A DNA stretch of 20,000 bases from Alloascoidea hylecoeti. Its lineage: Eukaryota. Made by a program: the position numbers and the translations under genes. Below the pieces are notes generated by a model. That model was given only the letters and a program-made list of their open reading frames with translations. It ran no database searches and was not told the origin of the DNA. The first letter of the stretch is position 1; each line of letters begins with the position of its first letter. The stretch is from NCBI GenBank assembly GCA_001600815.1, contig BCKZ01000010.1, positions 56,177-76,176 of the forward strand. Direction: 5' to 3'. Positions 19,007 to 20,000 of the stretch are shown here, piece after piece.

Positions 19007-19463
19007 TGGGGATACTTGCCATATGATATGAATTTAATATATCTTATACAGTACAAGGGTAGCACCAGCACGTTGTTTCACAGAAGCGTGCTTAAACCTC
19101 TTGATAAACTTTGCTCGAAAAAATATCTTTTCGAAAACTTAATTAATCATCTTTGACTATTTTTAACAGGACAATGCTCCAATTCATGAATCAAAAAAGA
19201 AAACAGAAAGAAAATCAAATGGAACAGACGTATTACCCTGTGCGTTCTCCTGCCCTTAATGTCATTGAAAATCGTGTGACATAAGCACAAAATTAAATCG
19301 ACTCAGGAAACAATCACACAGAGTTAGCTATGATGAAAGGTGATGTCAAGATAAAGTAATGCCAGAGTTATGGGGTCAGTTTGATAAATCACTTTTAAAC
19401 CGACTCATCCCATTGCATAACAAATTTAAGTTTGCGCATGTGTGGAAGAAATTTTAATCCGTA
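19007..19463 (+). pseudogene. Tc1/IS630-type DDE transposase C-terminal relic
   Basis: Not in the ORF track. WGYLPY..LIQYKGS..SVLKP; F*QDNAPIHESKK (19161 onward); NGTDVLP, then frameshifted VRSPALNVIEN (Glu at 19267); ELWGQFDKSLLNRLI. Matches the Tc1 pattern VWG..FQQDNAPxH..WPxxSPDLNPIEN..W..LI. Confidence 0.85.
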
Positions 19464-19511
19464 AATGAAAATATTTACGTTGTTTATGAAGGTTTCAGCA
19501 GAGAATGCATA

Positions 19512-19647
19512 TCGTCATTCCATTTAATTTAGTCTACATGATCACTAAATAATTGGTCCCTCCCATCATTCATTTTCAAACCACCCCTTAGCTGTCAATT
19601 GTCCGTATTTAAGCGAACAGGAAGGCCAAAATTAAATGGAATAACTG
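19512..19647. mobile_element. MITE-like element or Tc1 terminal structure (136 bp) flanked by TA
   Basis: Imperfect ~24-bp terminal inverted repeats with a perfect 14-bp core (attccatttaattt 19517-19530 / aaattaaatggaat 19629-19642). TA at 19510-11 and 19648-49. The right end reads TA|CAGTT on the - strand. Confidence 0.6.
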
Positions 19648-20000
19648 TAACTGTTTTATTTAAGTTACGTTGATTCTCATAAAGCTTAATTATTCTATTA
19701 TAACCTATAGCAAATTATCCCGTAGATTAAGGGATTAATATAATTATCATATCTGATAATATTGCATATTTAACTCCTAAAAACACTGATATTCAAGAGG
19801 TTTTTTGCATTGAGTCATTTTAAATAATACTACAACCTTATATATATATTCAATAGATATAATGATATATCAATCTTGCCTATATATAACAACTGAAACC
19901 AAATTAAAATGATTTTGAATCATATAGCATTGGTGATATTGTCACTTGTAGTGGGACATGCGTCTGGGCAGATCATTCTTATCGCTTCTGATCGATTTTC

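Overview
AT-rich, intron-free fungal DNA, most likely from a budding yeast (Saccharomycotina). The window has three parts. (1) 1-6.4 kb is decayed: a PMU1-like histidine-phosphatase pseudogene, a short 24-bp tandem array with transposon-end-like motifs, a Bul1/arrestin-like pseudogene, and a rearranged Ty1/copia retrotransposon. In that element gag-protease is on +, integrase is deleted, RT is inverted, ~190 bp is present as an inverted duplication, and RNase H returns on + and is cut by a probable solo LTR. (2) 6.8-18.8 kb holds five intact housekeeping genes: a TUS1-like Rho GEF, THI6, ERG3, UTP8 and LCP5. (3) 19.0-19.65 kb holds a Tc1-type transposase relic and a MITE-like element. The best candidate for something new is the copia deletion-inversion-duplication, which would give antisense-RT and hairpin RNA if transcribed. 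N bases at codon third positions suggest related coding copies elsewhere in the genome. All homology calls rest on motif recognition by eye; no searches were run.
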